A stretch of 64,000 nt of DNA. Source: Nitrososphaeria archaeon (GTDB lineage Archaea > Thermoproteota > Nitrososphaeria > Nitrososphaerales > JANXEG01). The notes below the pieces were generated by a model. The model was not told the origin of the DNA. It searched no databases and worked only from the letters and a program-made list of their open reading frames with translations. Positions 19,250 to 27,853 of this stretch are shown here, piece after piece. The DNA is taken from NCBI GenBank assembly GCA_029775915.1, contig JARVKA010000001.1, forward strand, positions 98,594 to 162,593, written 5' to 3'. Each line of letters begins with the position of its first letter. The first letter of the stretch is position 1. The position numbers and the translations under genes were made by a program.

Positions 19250-19558
19250 TCACATGTATGGTCTTCTTTCCCCTCTTTCAAGTAATTCAGGTCTCATACC
19301 TTTTTTAGTAGCCTCTATATCAAATTCTATATAACTCAAAGCAAATTCTTTCAGCTTTTCAAAAAACTCTTTTAATGTCGCTTCATCAAACATTGACATA
19401 AGTGAAGGGTTGGATAACCATTGTAGCCATCCCAAATTACTACGGCCTATCGCATTTATACACTCAAAGCAAGCGCTAATGTAATCTAATCGATCTTTTG
19501 GAGATAGTTTACTAATTCTCTCTTTTGCCTCTTCCCTACTTTTTATCCAATCGGACAT
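19250..19558 (-). CDS. Hypothetical helical protein
   Basis: 102-aa ORF in clean intergenic context. No motif recognised. Confidence 0.4.
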   Translation of the reverse strand: MSDWIKSREEAKERISKLSPKDRLDYISACFECINAIGRSNLGWLQWLSNPSLMSMFDEATLKEFFEKLKEFALSYIEFDIEATKKGMRPELLERGERRPYM

Positions 19559-19615
19559 AAAATCACCATAATTTTTAATTATGAACTATCTTAAATTGCT
19601 TTATGTAGCTAAATT

Positions 19616-20080
19616 TTATTTTTTAACTTCGTAAAGATAAATTCTACGCCACTCAACCTCTTTTATACGAATTGGTTTCCAACCCCGAATTTCATAATTA
19701 TGTGAAACAACACGAGTGCCCGACTTAAGCTCTTTCTCAAGCTTCGGCTTAACAATTTCATTTCCACGTTCAGTTAAGTATAAAGTCACAACATTTGCAT
19801 CAGAAATATCAACATTCATAAAATCGCCATGAATCACTTTAATCTTATCTTCAAGATTTAACTCACGAATTTTATCAATCGTTCTCTTAACTAAACTCTC
19901 ATTTAACTCAATACCTATAGCGCGTGCACCAAAATCTTTAGCTGCAATTATCAATATTCTACCATCACCCGAGCCCAAATCGTAAAGCAACTCTCCAGCT
20001 TTCAACTCTGCTAACTTAAGCATTTCATATACGACCTTTTCTGAGCTTGAAACAAATGGTGCGAGTGACAAATTTATCAC
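19616..20080 (-). CDS. Class I SAM-dependent methyltransferase
   Basis: Motif I LYDLGSGDGRILI, with an acidic residue after beta-2 (IGIELN). 154 aa. Confidence 0.8.
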   Translation of the reverse strand: MINLSLAPFVSSSEKVVYEMLKLAELKAGELLYDLGSGDGRILIIAAKDFGARAIGIELNESLVKRTIDKIRELNLEDKIKVIHGDFMNVDISDANVVTLYLTERGNEIVKPKLEKELKSGTRVVSHNYEIRGWKPIRIKEVEWRRIYLYEVKK

Positions 20081-20127
20081 CGTTGGGACATATCGATGTT
20101 TAGAAGTTTAAATCTTTTTCTAATAAC

Positions 20128-21365
20128 GGTTTTGGTGCATCTTCGAGTGTTGAGTGGTAAAACTTAAAATAAAATACCCTAAATTATTTCCGTACTCGCA
20201 GTTAAAGCATTCAGAGCCTATAGATGATTTGCTGGAAACTTTCAGAAGCATGGTTAACGAAGCTGTTAGAGTTGCCTTAGAGCAAAGGATAACGTCAAAG
20301 TTCACACTCATCAAGACGGTATATGAGTCGTTCAAGCGCTATGGTTTGCATACCCATTATATTTTGAGCGTTTGTGAAGTGGCTTATTGGCTTATCAGAA
20401 ATAAAAAAGAAGGAAGAACCCATACATTCACAAAGCCTTTGAAGCTTGATAATCAAACCTTTAAGATTGAAGGTGGCATCTTAAGAATCCCAATGAAACC
20501 AAGGCAGTTCCTTAAAATTCCTTTAGGAATCGGCGAATACCAGAGATGTTTCTTATTTGACTCCACGCTCAAAAATAGGCTCAGTCATCGTGAGTGCGAG
20601 CACAGTTACGGTGGTTTTCTCAAAGACCCTGAGGTGATTGAGCCTAAGGGATACGTGGCTATAGATACTAACGAGAAGTCTTGACTGTGCAACCAGCAAA
20701 GGAGAACTTTTCAGGTATGATTTGAGTTGCCAAGGATTCACCACGTATACTTTGAAAAGCGTAGGCGTATTCAAAAGGAGTTTTGGGGAGATGGAAGAAA
20801 GTCTTAAAAGCTTTAAGTCAAATACTGTGAAAGGGAGAAACACAGAACTGAGCAATTAATGCATTTGGTTAGTAAAGACATTGTCAAGCAAAGGAAAACA
20901 ACTTTGGAATAATCTTGGAATAGATAAGATACATCAAAACATCAGTTAACCAAAAGGTTCTCAGTATGAACAAGTTTAACGGAAAACTTCAACGAATAAG
21001 CAAATACTCAAAGAAGCTTAAGTGGAGACTTAACTCTCGGGGCTTCCGAAAACTTCAAAACTCCATCGAATACAAAGCTAGATGGGAAGGCATGCCTGTC
21101 ATCTACATGAATCCAAAAGGTACCTTGCAGACTTGCCCGATATGTGGCTATAGAGAAAAGCGGATGGGCAACTGTTCAGATGCTTTAAATGCGGATGGAT
21201 AGGCACTTAAATGCTGCTATAAACCTACTCAAAACTCAATATGACTCGCTGGTTCGGTGAGTATAGCCTCCCACATGTAGCTGTGAACTATCCCTTAAAC
21301 AAGGCAGGAAGCAGAAGAGGTGAAGGTACACTTCATCACTCAACACCTGAAGATGCACCAGAACC
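20128..21365 (+). mobile_element. TnpB-type (IS605 OrfB-like) insertion element with terminal inverted repeats and target-site duplication; tnpB decayed
   Basis: Left end GGTTTTGGTGCATCTTCGAGTGTTGAGTGGT (20128-20158). The reverse complement of the right end (21335-21365) is GGTTCTGGTGCATCTTCAGGTGTTGAGTGAT, a 27/31 match. The element is flanked by direct repeats CTAATAAC at 20120-20127 and 21366-21373. Confidence 0.75.
20154..21240 (+). pseudogene. tnpB: tnpB (OrfB, RuvC-like RNA-guided nuclease family) pseudogene with several frameshifts
   Basis: Fragments lie in three frames. 20154-20684 is the N-terminal part, ending ..GYVAIDTNEKS. 20966-21202 carries the zinc finger (..[26 protein letters not shown]). 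After another shift comes [12 protein letters not shown], the RuvC-III D-x-NAA-x-N motif, at about 21200-21240. Confidence 0.7.
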
Positions 21366-22673
21366 CTAATAACAATTTATTCCATTTATTCTAATGTATG
21401 GACCACCTTCAGATATTGGATACCCTTTTTCCACATTCGGTCTTAAAAAATACTCTTCACTTATCGCATCTATCTTTTGAAGATCTTCAATATTTCCTAT
21501 TATTCTGAAGTTTTTAATGGGCTTTGTGATTCGCCTCCCTTCAATAAGATAAGCTATCTCAGGTATAATTTCTATTCTACCATTCGTAGCGTCAATTTCA
21601 GCTCTAATTATACCTTCTGTAAAAATACCATATTTAGTCTCTTCAAATATTTCTTTAAACTTCCAATCTGAAGGTTTAATAAATATGTTACTCATCATAG
21701 GTCTTGGTTTATGTGTGATACCGTGAGCATTACCCGCTACTTCACCAATCTTAGCCGTTAACCTTGTATGTAAAAGATTTATACCATCTTTTGAGATTAA
21801 GCACTTTCTTAAACTTTTAACACCCTCATCATCCCAATAAAAAGAACCGTACCCATTGATTAATGTTGGATCGTCTATAATTTCTAAATCATTTAAATTG
21901 AAATTGGCAAATAACTTACGTTGATAAATATCCGCCTCGAGCATATGAGCAACTTCATGTGCGATCGCTCCAGCTCCTTCATAATCTAAAATTACTTTCA
22001 GCTTTTCACCATTAAATTTTGAAGATGAAGCTTTAGAAGAAGATTTAGCTCTCTTCACTAAGCCTTCTATAATTTCATCCCATGATTGTTGTAAAATTAT
22101 TTCATAACCACCCATTCCTCCAATAATTTTACTTGAATATCCTTGTGCGTAATCTTTAACCAATATGTAAATTATCATTTCAATAAGATGCTTACATTCT
22201 TTTACATACGTACCTTCAGATGAGATAAAGTTTGACTCTAAATCGTGATAAGAAAGGATTAACTCTGATCTTGTATAAAATTGAGCTAATAAATCTTTAA
22301 TTTTCTTCTCTATATCCCTTAAGAATCCACATACTTCATTAATTTCTAATTCTTTCTTTATAGGATGCTCAAATTCACCACGCTCTACATTAATAGGAAT
22401 AAGATTAGCATTACTCTTACATATCTTAGCTTGCTTAATTGCAAGTTTATGCATTTGTTTCACATAATCCATATCAAAATTATCGGTTGATACTACACCA
22501 TAACCACCATCAACCATTGCTCTACATATTATGCTTTTAGAAGAATGTTCATAAATATCAAATGACTCACACCTTAAAGCTACTTCAAAATCCTTTTGTT
22601 TAAAGATTCTAAAATCAGCATAATCTACAGAAGATTCATTTAGAATATTGGTAAGCTTATCTATATCGATCAT
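21366..22673 (-). CDS. TldD/PmbA-family metalloprotease
   Basis: 435 aa with AIAHEVAHMLE metal-binding motif and family-typical length. The stop codon lies inside the 8-bp target duplication of the adjacent IS. Confidence 0.8.
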   Translation of the reverse strand: MIDIDKLTNILNESSVDYADFRIFKQKDFEVALRCESFDIYEHSSKSIICRAMVDGGYGVVSTDNFDMDYVKQMHKLAIKQAKICKSNANLIPINVERGEFEHPIKKELEINEVCGFLRDIEKKIKDLLAQFYTRSELILSYHDLESNFISSEGTYVKECKHLIEMIIYILVKDYAQGYSSKIIGGMGGYEIILQQSWDEIIEGLVKRAKSSSKASSSKFNGEKLKVILDYEGAGAIAHEVAHMLEADIYQRKLFANFNLNDLEIIDDPTLINGYGSFYWDDEGVKSLRKCLISKDGINLLHTRLTAKIGEVAGNAHGITHKPRPMMSNIFIKPSDWKFKEIFEETKYGIFTEGIIRAEIDATNGRIEIIPEIAYLIEGRRITKPIKNFRIIGNIEDLQKIDAISEEYFLRPNVEKGYPISEGGPYIRINGINCY

Positions 22674-22792
22674 CTACTTATTAAAATTGGTAAGTTTAAG
22701 ATAAGAATTTTTCATTACTCATTAATGGCATGAAGTGTTTCATAATGTTGATTAATAAAATATAGGTTTAAAGTAAAAGATTCTAAACTTTA

Positions 22793-23473
22793 ATGCGTAT
22801 ATTTTATTATAATCACTACAAATTGGTGATACTCTTGAGTCAGTTTAAGAATAAATGGAATGGAGCTAAAGGTGTAAGCTTTAAAGAAAGGTTAGACTCT
22901 CTTAAACCACAAGAGCCACTAAGAATGAGGCTTGAGCAAGCTACACGCCGAATTCATGCTCAAATAACTAAGTTAGATACAACTCTTACAAGGCTTAAAG
23001 ATAGAGATTCATCCCTCTTTAGAAAGGTTGTAGCTGCACTTCAAATACATGATAATCAAACAGCTCTTGCCTTATCTAATGAGATAGCTGAAATTAGGAA
23101 GATAGTGAAGATAGTAAGTCAAGCAAAAATAGCGCTTGAACAAATTGTTCTCAGATTAGAAACGGTTCGAGATTTTGGTGATCTTGCTGTTACATTAACG
23201 CCCACTGTAAGTATTATTAAATCGATTAGATCCGGATTGGCGAGTATAATGCCTGAAGCTGAGCATGAAATAAGTGAAATTAGCGGTTTACTTAGTAGCA
23301 TATTAGTAGATGCGGGGCAGCTCGGTGGTCTTTCACTAAACTTTGAAGCTGCTAATGAAGATGCTGAAAAGATACTAAGTGAAGCATCAGCTATAGCAGA
23401 GCAAAGAATGAAAGAAAAATTCCCAGAATTACCAATTCCTCCAAGTTCGTCTGAAGAATCACAACAAACTTAA
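22793..23473 (+). CDS. cdvB: ESCRT-III / Snf7-family protein CdvB paralog
   Basis: Colinear homolog of 1117-1776 (LSQFKNKWNGAKG.. vs LSQFINKWNKPKG..). Pro-rich tail KFPELPIPPSSSEE. The likely true start is the in-frame GTG at 22826 (GGTG context, as in the paralog). Confidence 0.8.
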   Translation: MRIFYYNHYKLVILLSQFKNKWNGAKGVSFKERLDSLKPQEPLRMRLEQATRRIHAQITKLDTTLTRLKDRDSSLFRKVVAALQIHDNQTALALSNEIAEIRKIVKIVSQAKIALEQIVLRLETVRDFGDLAVTLTPTVSIIKSIRSGLASIMPEAEHEISEISGLLSSILVDAGQLGGLSLNFEAANEDAEKILSEASAIAEQRMKEKFPELPIPPSSSEESQQT

Positions 23474-23475
23474 AG

Positions 23476-23712
23476 GTGTGGAAATTGGGTAGAAAATCCA
23501 TTATTTTTGGAATATGGTTGTTAGGGTATGCTATTGGTTTTATTGGTTATTTGATATTACCATGGGCTGGTAAATGGTTTAGTGAAATAATTCCAAGATT
23601 AATTGAAAATGAAATTTTATTTGGTGCATTTCTTACAGGGATCGTAGGATCGATGATTACTACATTATCAGCTGTTATTTGGGCAAGATTTTCCAAAAAA
23701 TCTGAGATGTGA
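23476..23712 (+). CDS. Small two-TM membrane protein, probably translationally coupled to cdvB paralog
   Basis: 78 aa with two hydrophobic helices (IIFGIWLLGYAIGFIGYLILPW and ILFGAFLTGIVGSMITTLSAVIWA). The GTG start is 2 nt after the cdvB stop. Confidence 0.5.
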   Translation: MWKLGRKSIIFGIWLLGYAIGFIGYLILPWAGKWFSEIIPRLIENEILFGAFLTGIVGSMITTLSAVIWARFSKKSEM

Positions 23713-23766
23713 TGCATTAAAAAATTTGATTTATTGAAATTATACAAATCCTTTAGGTTATGAGGA

Positions 23767-24117
23767 ATGAACTCACATAAAAGGATTCGAGACTCATCTT
23801 CTAATATATTATCATCTATTGAGGAGATTCGAAAAGCTTACCAAGCTAAAAGAATAAGTTTAGAGGCTCTTAAAGCAGCAAGGCTTGAAGCACAATCTCA
23901 AATTAAAACTTTGAATGAAAAGCATGATATTGGCAGGAAGTTTTTAGCTGTTGGTTTGGCTCTTATAATTTGTCCCGAACCTATTTTTTCAAATTTAATA
24001 GGAACCCCTTTGCTTATTTTAGGTAAAATTATAAACCGAATTTATCATCCATCAACGATTGCAGATTTGATGAATGAGTTAAGATCTAACTTAGATGATT
24101 TAAAAGAGATAATTTAG
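23767..24117 (+). CDS. Coiled-coil protein with central hydrophobic hairpin
   Basis: 116 aa. N-terminal heptad-like helix (SLEALKAARLEAQSQIKTLNEK), hydrophobic Pro-containing segment FLAVGLALIICPEPIFSNLIGTPLLILGKII, and a C-terminal amphipathic helix. Confidence 0.45.
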   Translation: MNSHKRIRDSSSNILSSIEEIRKAYQAKRISLEALKAARLEAQSQIKTLNEKHDIGRKFLAVGLALIICPEPIFSNLIGTPLLILGKIINRIYHPSTIADLMNELRSNLDDLKEII

Positions 24118-24201
24118 ATCATCTTTAACTGAGTCTTTAACTGAGAGTTAAGGATGATCGATTAAGTGCTATAAGAAAATAATTGAAATGGTTGAGTAAA
24201 C

Positions 24202-25431
24202 TTGAGTGAACGTAGTTTAAATCTAAAGATTTGGTTACCATTCATACCCGCATATATGAGCTTTGCTTTACTCGATATTTTAATCGTTTTATACGTTGTA
24301 GAATATTTAAAGCAAGATTTGATTTATGTTGGACTTCTTGAGATGGTAAGTGAAGCAGTTTTTATCCCATCATCCGCATTTTGGGGCTATATTTGTGATC
24401 GTTTAGAACATTACAAAATATTCTTAACGATTCCTTTTTTATTTATGGGTATAATAACGCTTCTTGTTACTCATATAAATAACCCTTATGCATTACTATT
24501 GATTTATGGATTATTCTCTTTCTTACTTTCCATGCATAAACCAGCGATTAATCTCTTTATAGCTGAATCGAATCCTTCTGATGAGTGGTTACAAGTAATT
24601 ACATCATATATGTTAATAAAGAATATTACATCATCGATGGGCCTTCTTTTAGGTATATTTTGCTCAAACCTCCCTTACTTTTTATTATTTATTGGTATTG
24701 GTGCTTTTTACCTCTTATCTTTCACTTTATCCTCACTTGCAATTTATGAGCCTAAGCTAAAAATTGAGAGGAGAATCACATTTATCGATAAAAGATTAAA
24801 TGCTATAAATTACTCATTAAGCCTTCTTCGATTCGCTAATAATCCAAATTATTCATCTTACGTGCTTAAAATGATCTCAAAACAAGGAACAAGCTTTGTA
24901 AGATTTCTTTTAGGCTTATTATTATTCACACTCGCTACAAGTTTAATTTTTACACCTATGCCTATTCTTCTCAAGCGAGCATTTATTGAGCAATTTATTG
25001 TGTTTTTAATCTTCTTCATTAATTCAATAGCATCTGCCATAACATACCTATTCATTGGTAAAATTGGAGAATGTGGTATAAGAGGTGTTAAAATAAGTTG
25101 CTTGTTAAGGAGTATTTTAGTATTGATACTCATTCCATTCCTCTTAAACCCCTCATTCTTTTCCATAGTGATCGTTTCGACCATTTTTGCATTTATGGGT
25201 ATAATGTGGGCTATCTTTGATTTATCAACAAATTATCTATCTTTAGAGCTCAGTCCATATGGTTGGATGGGTTTATATTTTTCATTATCGAAACTTGGAT
25301 CTCTGGTAGGAGCTTTTTTAGGAGGTTTTCTAACAACCTTATATGGTTTAACAACAACGCTTGTAATTGGATGTGTGATCTTTCTTAGCGCTTTTATCAC
25401 TTTCTTATCACTGAAAGAATCCTCTTTATAA
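24202..25431 (+). CDS. MFS-like membrane transporter
   Basis: 409 aa with about 10-12 hydrophobic segments. No soluble domain. Confidence 0.55.
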   Translation: MSERSLNLKIWLPFIPAYMSFALLDILIVLYVVEYLKQDLIYVGLLEMVSEAVFIPSSAFWGYICDRLEHYKIFLTIPFLFMGIITLLVTHINNPYALLLIYGLFSFLLSMHKPAINLFIAESNPSDEWLQVITSYMLIKNITSSMGLLLGIFCSNLPYFLLFIGIGAFYLLSFTLSSLAIYEPKLKIERRITFIDKRLNAINYSLSLLRFANNPNYSSYVLKMISKQGTSFVRFLLGLLLFTLATSLIFTPMPILLKRAFIEQFIVFLIFFINSIASAITYLFIGKIGECGIRGVKISCLLRSILVLILIPFLLNPSFFSIVIVSTIFAFMGIMWAIFDLSTNYLSLELSPYGWMGLYFSLSKLGSLVGAFLGGFLTTLYGLTTTLVIGCVIFLSAFITFLSLKESSL

Positions 25432-25733
25432 ATTTTGTAATAATTTTACTTATTGATCTTTCTCGCAACATTGATTGCATTATTAATATATACCATCATA
25501 ACGTTTCTTGTGTGAAATGTGAAAGAGTATTTAGGAATATAAATGTATTCAATTCTCTTTAGGTGATTCAAAAATTCTGGCAAAAGTGGAGGACGATCAC
25601 TCAATTATTGTCTTTCAATTCTCTTTATGAGATCCTCAATTTCCTTTTGAGATTTTAATTTTGCATAGTTGTTAATTTTGGCGATTTTGCCTTTTGAAGC
25701 TTTTTCAAAAGGGATTTCATAGAAACTTTATAA

Positions 25734-27173
25734 TCAAACTTCCGCCTCAACTACTGAGTAATCCTCTTTCTTGCTGATATTATATACGACGTCTGCTACG
25801 TCCTCTATTTCGTGATGATGTGTTATTACAATCATTTGTGGAATAATTCTACCTCCTTCTTTGAAGAAGGAGTTTAATATGTTAACAAGTTCTTTTCGTC
25901 TTTCCTCGTCTAGATGTGTTGAGGCTCGTCCATAATAATAGTTTCAACTCTTTCTGGTAGGACTCTGGCTATGGCTAATCTCAGAGCTATTGCCAGTGCC
26001 ACTCTTTCGCCGCCACTAATTTGGTCTATTGCTTGGATGCCGACAGCTTCGATCACTGAAATGTTATAATCATCGTCTATCTGAACGTCTGAAAATTCTA
26101 AGTTAAATCTTTCAAAAAACTCACGGGTATACCTCTCCAGTAGGGGTCTTGATCTAGCTCTAATAAGTCGTTGAAGCCCGTCTTTATGAAAGGCTCCCCT
26201 AATTTTTTCCAGAATTTTAATGAATTCTTCAACGTTTTTTCATTTCTTGTTCCTTTTCTATAAGCTGTTTTAGTTCATTTTCACACATGCTTTTCTCTGC
26301 TTCTTTGTTTCGGATTCCAGTCTGTAGCTCCACAATCTCTTTTTCTAATTTGTTTTTTTCTTGCGCTTAATTATCAAAATCTTCTCTAACTTTTTGGTGA
26401 AGATCTTCATCGTAATCAAGTTCCTTAATTTCAATTAAGATCTTAGAAAGGTCCTCTTTGGCGACCGATAATCCCTTTTTCAGGTTTTGGACTTCGATCA
26501 ATAGAGTGCCTCTCCTTTTGGCAATGGGTTCATTTCTATCATATTCCTCTTTCTTTTGTCGAAGATCAGACAGTTCTTGCTCCGAATTTTCCGGTTTATA
26601 TCCAAGTTTGTCTATCAAATCTTCTATTTTCTGCCGAATTGTATTAATTTCTTCACTAATCCGGTTAATATTAGTCTCCACTTCATTCATTGAAGGCCAT
26701 TTGGCAAGTTCACGTTTTGTTGTTTCGTAATTTTGATAAGCATCTTCAAGCATTGCTATTTCCTTTTCAAGCATCGAGACTTCATCAATTTTTTCAACGC
26801 TGCTGCTTCTTGCTCTAATTTTTCTATTTCTTTCAACTCTTGATCAATAGCACCATTTAATTCTTCAATGTCGCTTTCAATCTCCTTAATTTTTTCTGGG
26901 TCAATTGAAGCTAATTTTTTAAGGATTTTTCATATTTCTTCCGTTCGGTGGTCGCTTTTTTAAGCTCGCTTTCAAGCTTGCTTATTTTTTCATTATTTAC
27001 TCGAAGTGCCTCCTCAAACTCGTGTTGAAGTTTTCCTTTATGATCAGGAGTTAATTCTCCAATCTCTTCCATTAAACTGGCTAGCATTGATAAAGGAGGC
27101 CGTATCCTTCTTCGAATTGATTTATCCATTCGTCAACAATTTTTTGAGCTTGTTTTATGGTTAATTCTTCCAT
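25734..27173 (-). pseudogene. SMC/Rad50-like ABC ATPase with long coiled coil, disrupted by multiple frameshifts
   Basis: My minus-strand translation gives ..QISGGERVALAIALRLAIARVLPERVETIIMDEP (ABC signature and Walker B), a 1-nt shift, then THLDEERRKELVNILNSFFKEGGRIIPQMIVITHHHEIEDVAD (D-loop and H-loop), with the stop at 25734-25736. Upstream coiled-coil fragments (ORFs 26367-26774 and 26911-27129) sit in other frames. Breaks coincide with T/A homopolymers. The extreme N-terminal fragment, MEELTIKQAQKIVDEWINQFEEGY / PPLSMLASLMEEIGEL, is MazG-like at low confidence. Confidence 0.55.
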
Positions 27174-27222
27174 AAACTCACCTATTTGAGTATTTCATCT
27201 CAATTCACATAAAAGATGAATC

Positions 27223-27619
27223 TTAAGATAATAATCTCACTACTTTCTCCCATTTTTCTTTATGTTCAATAATTTGATGAGAACTAACACCAGCGCCTAT
27301 ATATTCATCTTTCCCTTGTGGAATATATCCCTCGATAATTTCCAATCCAAGATTAGAAATTACATTTTTTAAGAAACTCTTGCCAGTCTTTTGTGTTTAA
27401 AATATAGAAATCAGGTCTTTCATTATCCTTTTTATTTTCAAAATTAACGAAGATTAAAAGTGTTTGGTTGTCAATGATACCTTTGATACTAGGCCACTCC
27501 CTTGTTTTGTTTTTAACCTCAATTCTTAATTCTTCCCCTGTTTGTGGATTATACATAAGTATATCGGTCCGCTTCAAACGTCTTAATGTTATTTGGGCGT
27601 AAAAAATTTTCTCCGACAA
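27223..27619 (-). pseudogene. Nuclease-like (PD-(D/E)xK-type D...ExK motif) ORF, apparently frameshifted and N-terminally eroded
   Basis: The 88-aa ORF has a weak TTG start and contains TDILMYNP...LRIEVKNKT. The reading frame continues after a 1-nt shift at an A/T run as ..FLKNVISNLGLEIIEGYIPQGKDEYIGAGVSSHQIIEHKEKWEKV, stopping at 27223. Confidence 0.3.
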
Positions 27620-27676
27620 ATTTCAATAGCAACAGAATAGACAACGATCAAGTGTTATAATTTACCGGTAAATTAG

Positions 27677-27790
27677 TGCGGGGGGTGGGATTTGAACCCA
27701 CGAACCCCTAAGGGACAGGAGTTCTGCAACCAGCTTCCTCAGTCTCGCCCTTAAAGACCTGCGCCTTTGACCTGGCTTGGCAACCCCCGC
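27677..27790 (-). tRNA. Class II tRNA, tRNA-Leu-like, with 29 nt of intron sequence in the anticodon arm (best model: anticodon GAG, two mini-introns)
   Basis: Acceptor GCGGGGG/CCCCCGC. D arm GCC-AAGCCAGGTCAAA-GGC. Long variable arm TCCCTTAGGGGTTC. T arm GTGGG-TTCAAAT-CCCAC. Discriminator A, and no encoded CCA. The anticodon region is 46 nt instead of 17. Confidence 0.7.
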
Positions 27791-27853
27791 TACTAAATTA
27801 ACAAAATGTTCATACTTAAAAAATTATATGCTTAGGAAATTATCGCTATGAAT

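Noticed and set aside
20553-20855. 100-aa minus-strand ORF inside the insertion element.
   Set aside because: It is antisense to the decayed tnpB reading frames and has no transposase-like motif, so I treat it as a chance ORF in a pseudogene.
25700-25730. GGGATTTCA at about 25711-25719, considered as a remnant direct repeat (att site) of the tRNA-Leu 3' half (GGGATTTGAACCC).
   Set aside because: Only 8 nt match, which is insignificant in 64 kb. No integrase fragment was recognised, so the boundaries of the putative integrated element remain undefined.
27716-27761. Single canonical-intron model for the class II tRNA, giving anticodon UUA (an ochre-suppressor-like tRNA).
   Set aside because: It leaves a U-U mismatch closing the anticodon stem and implies stop-codon decoding, for which nothing else in the window gives evidence. 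The two-intron model gives a perfect stem and a normal Leu GAG anticodon.
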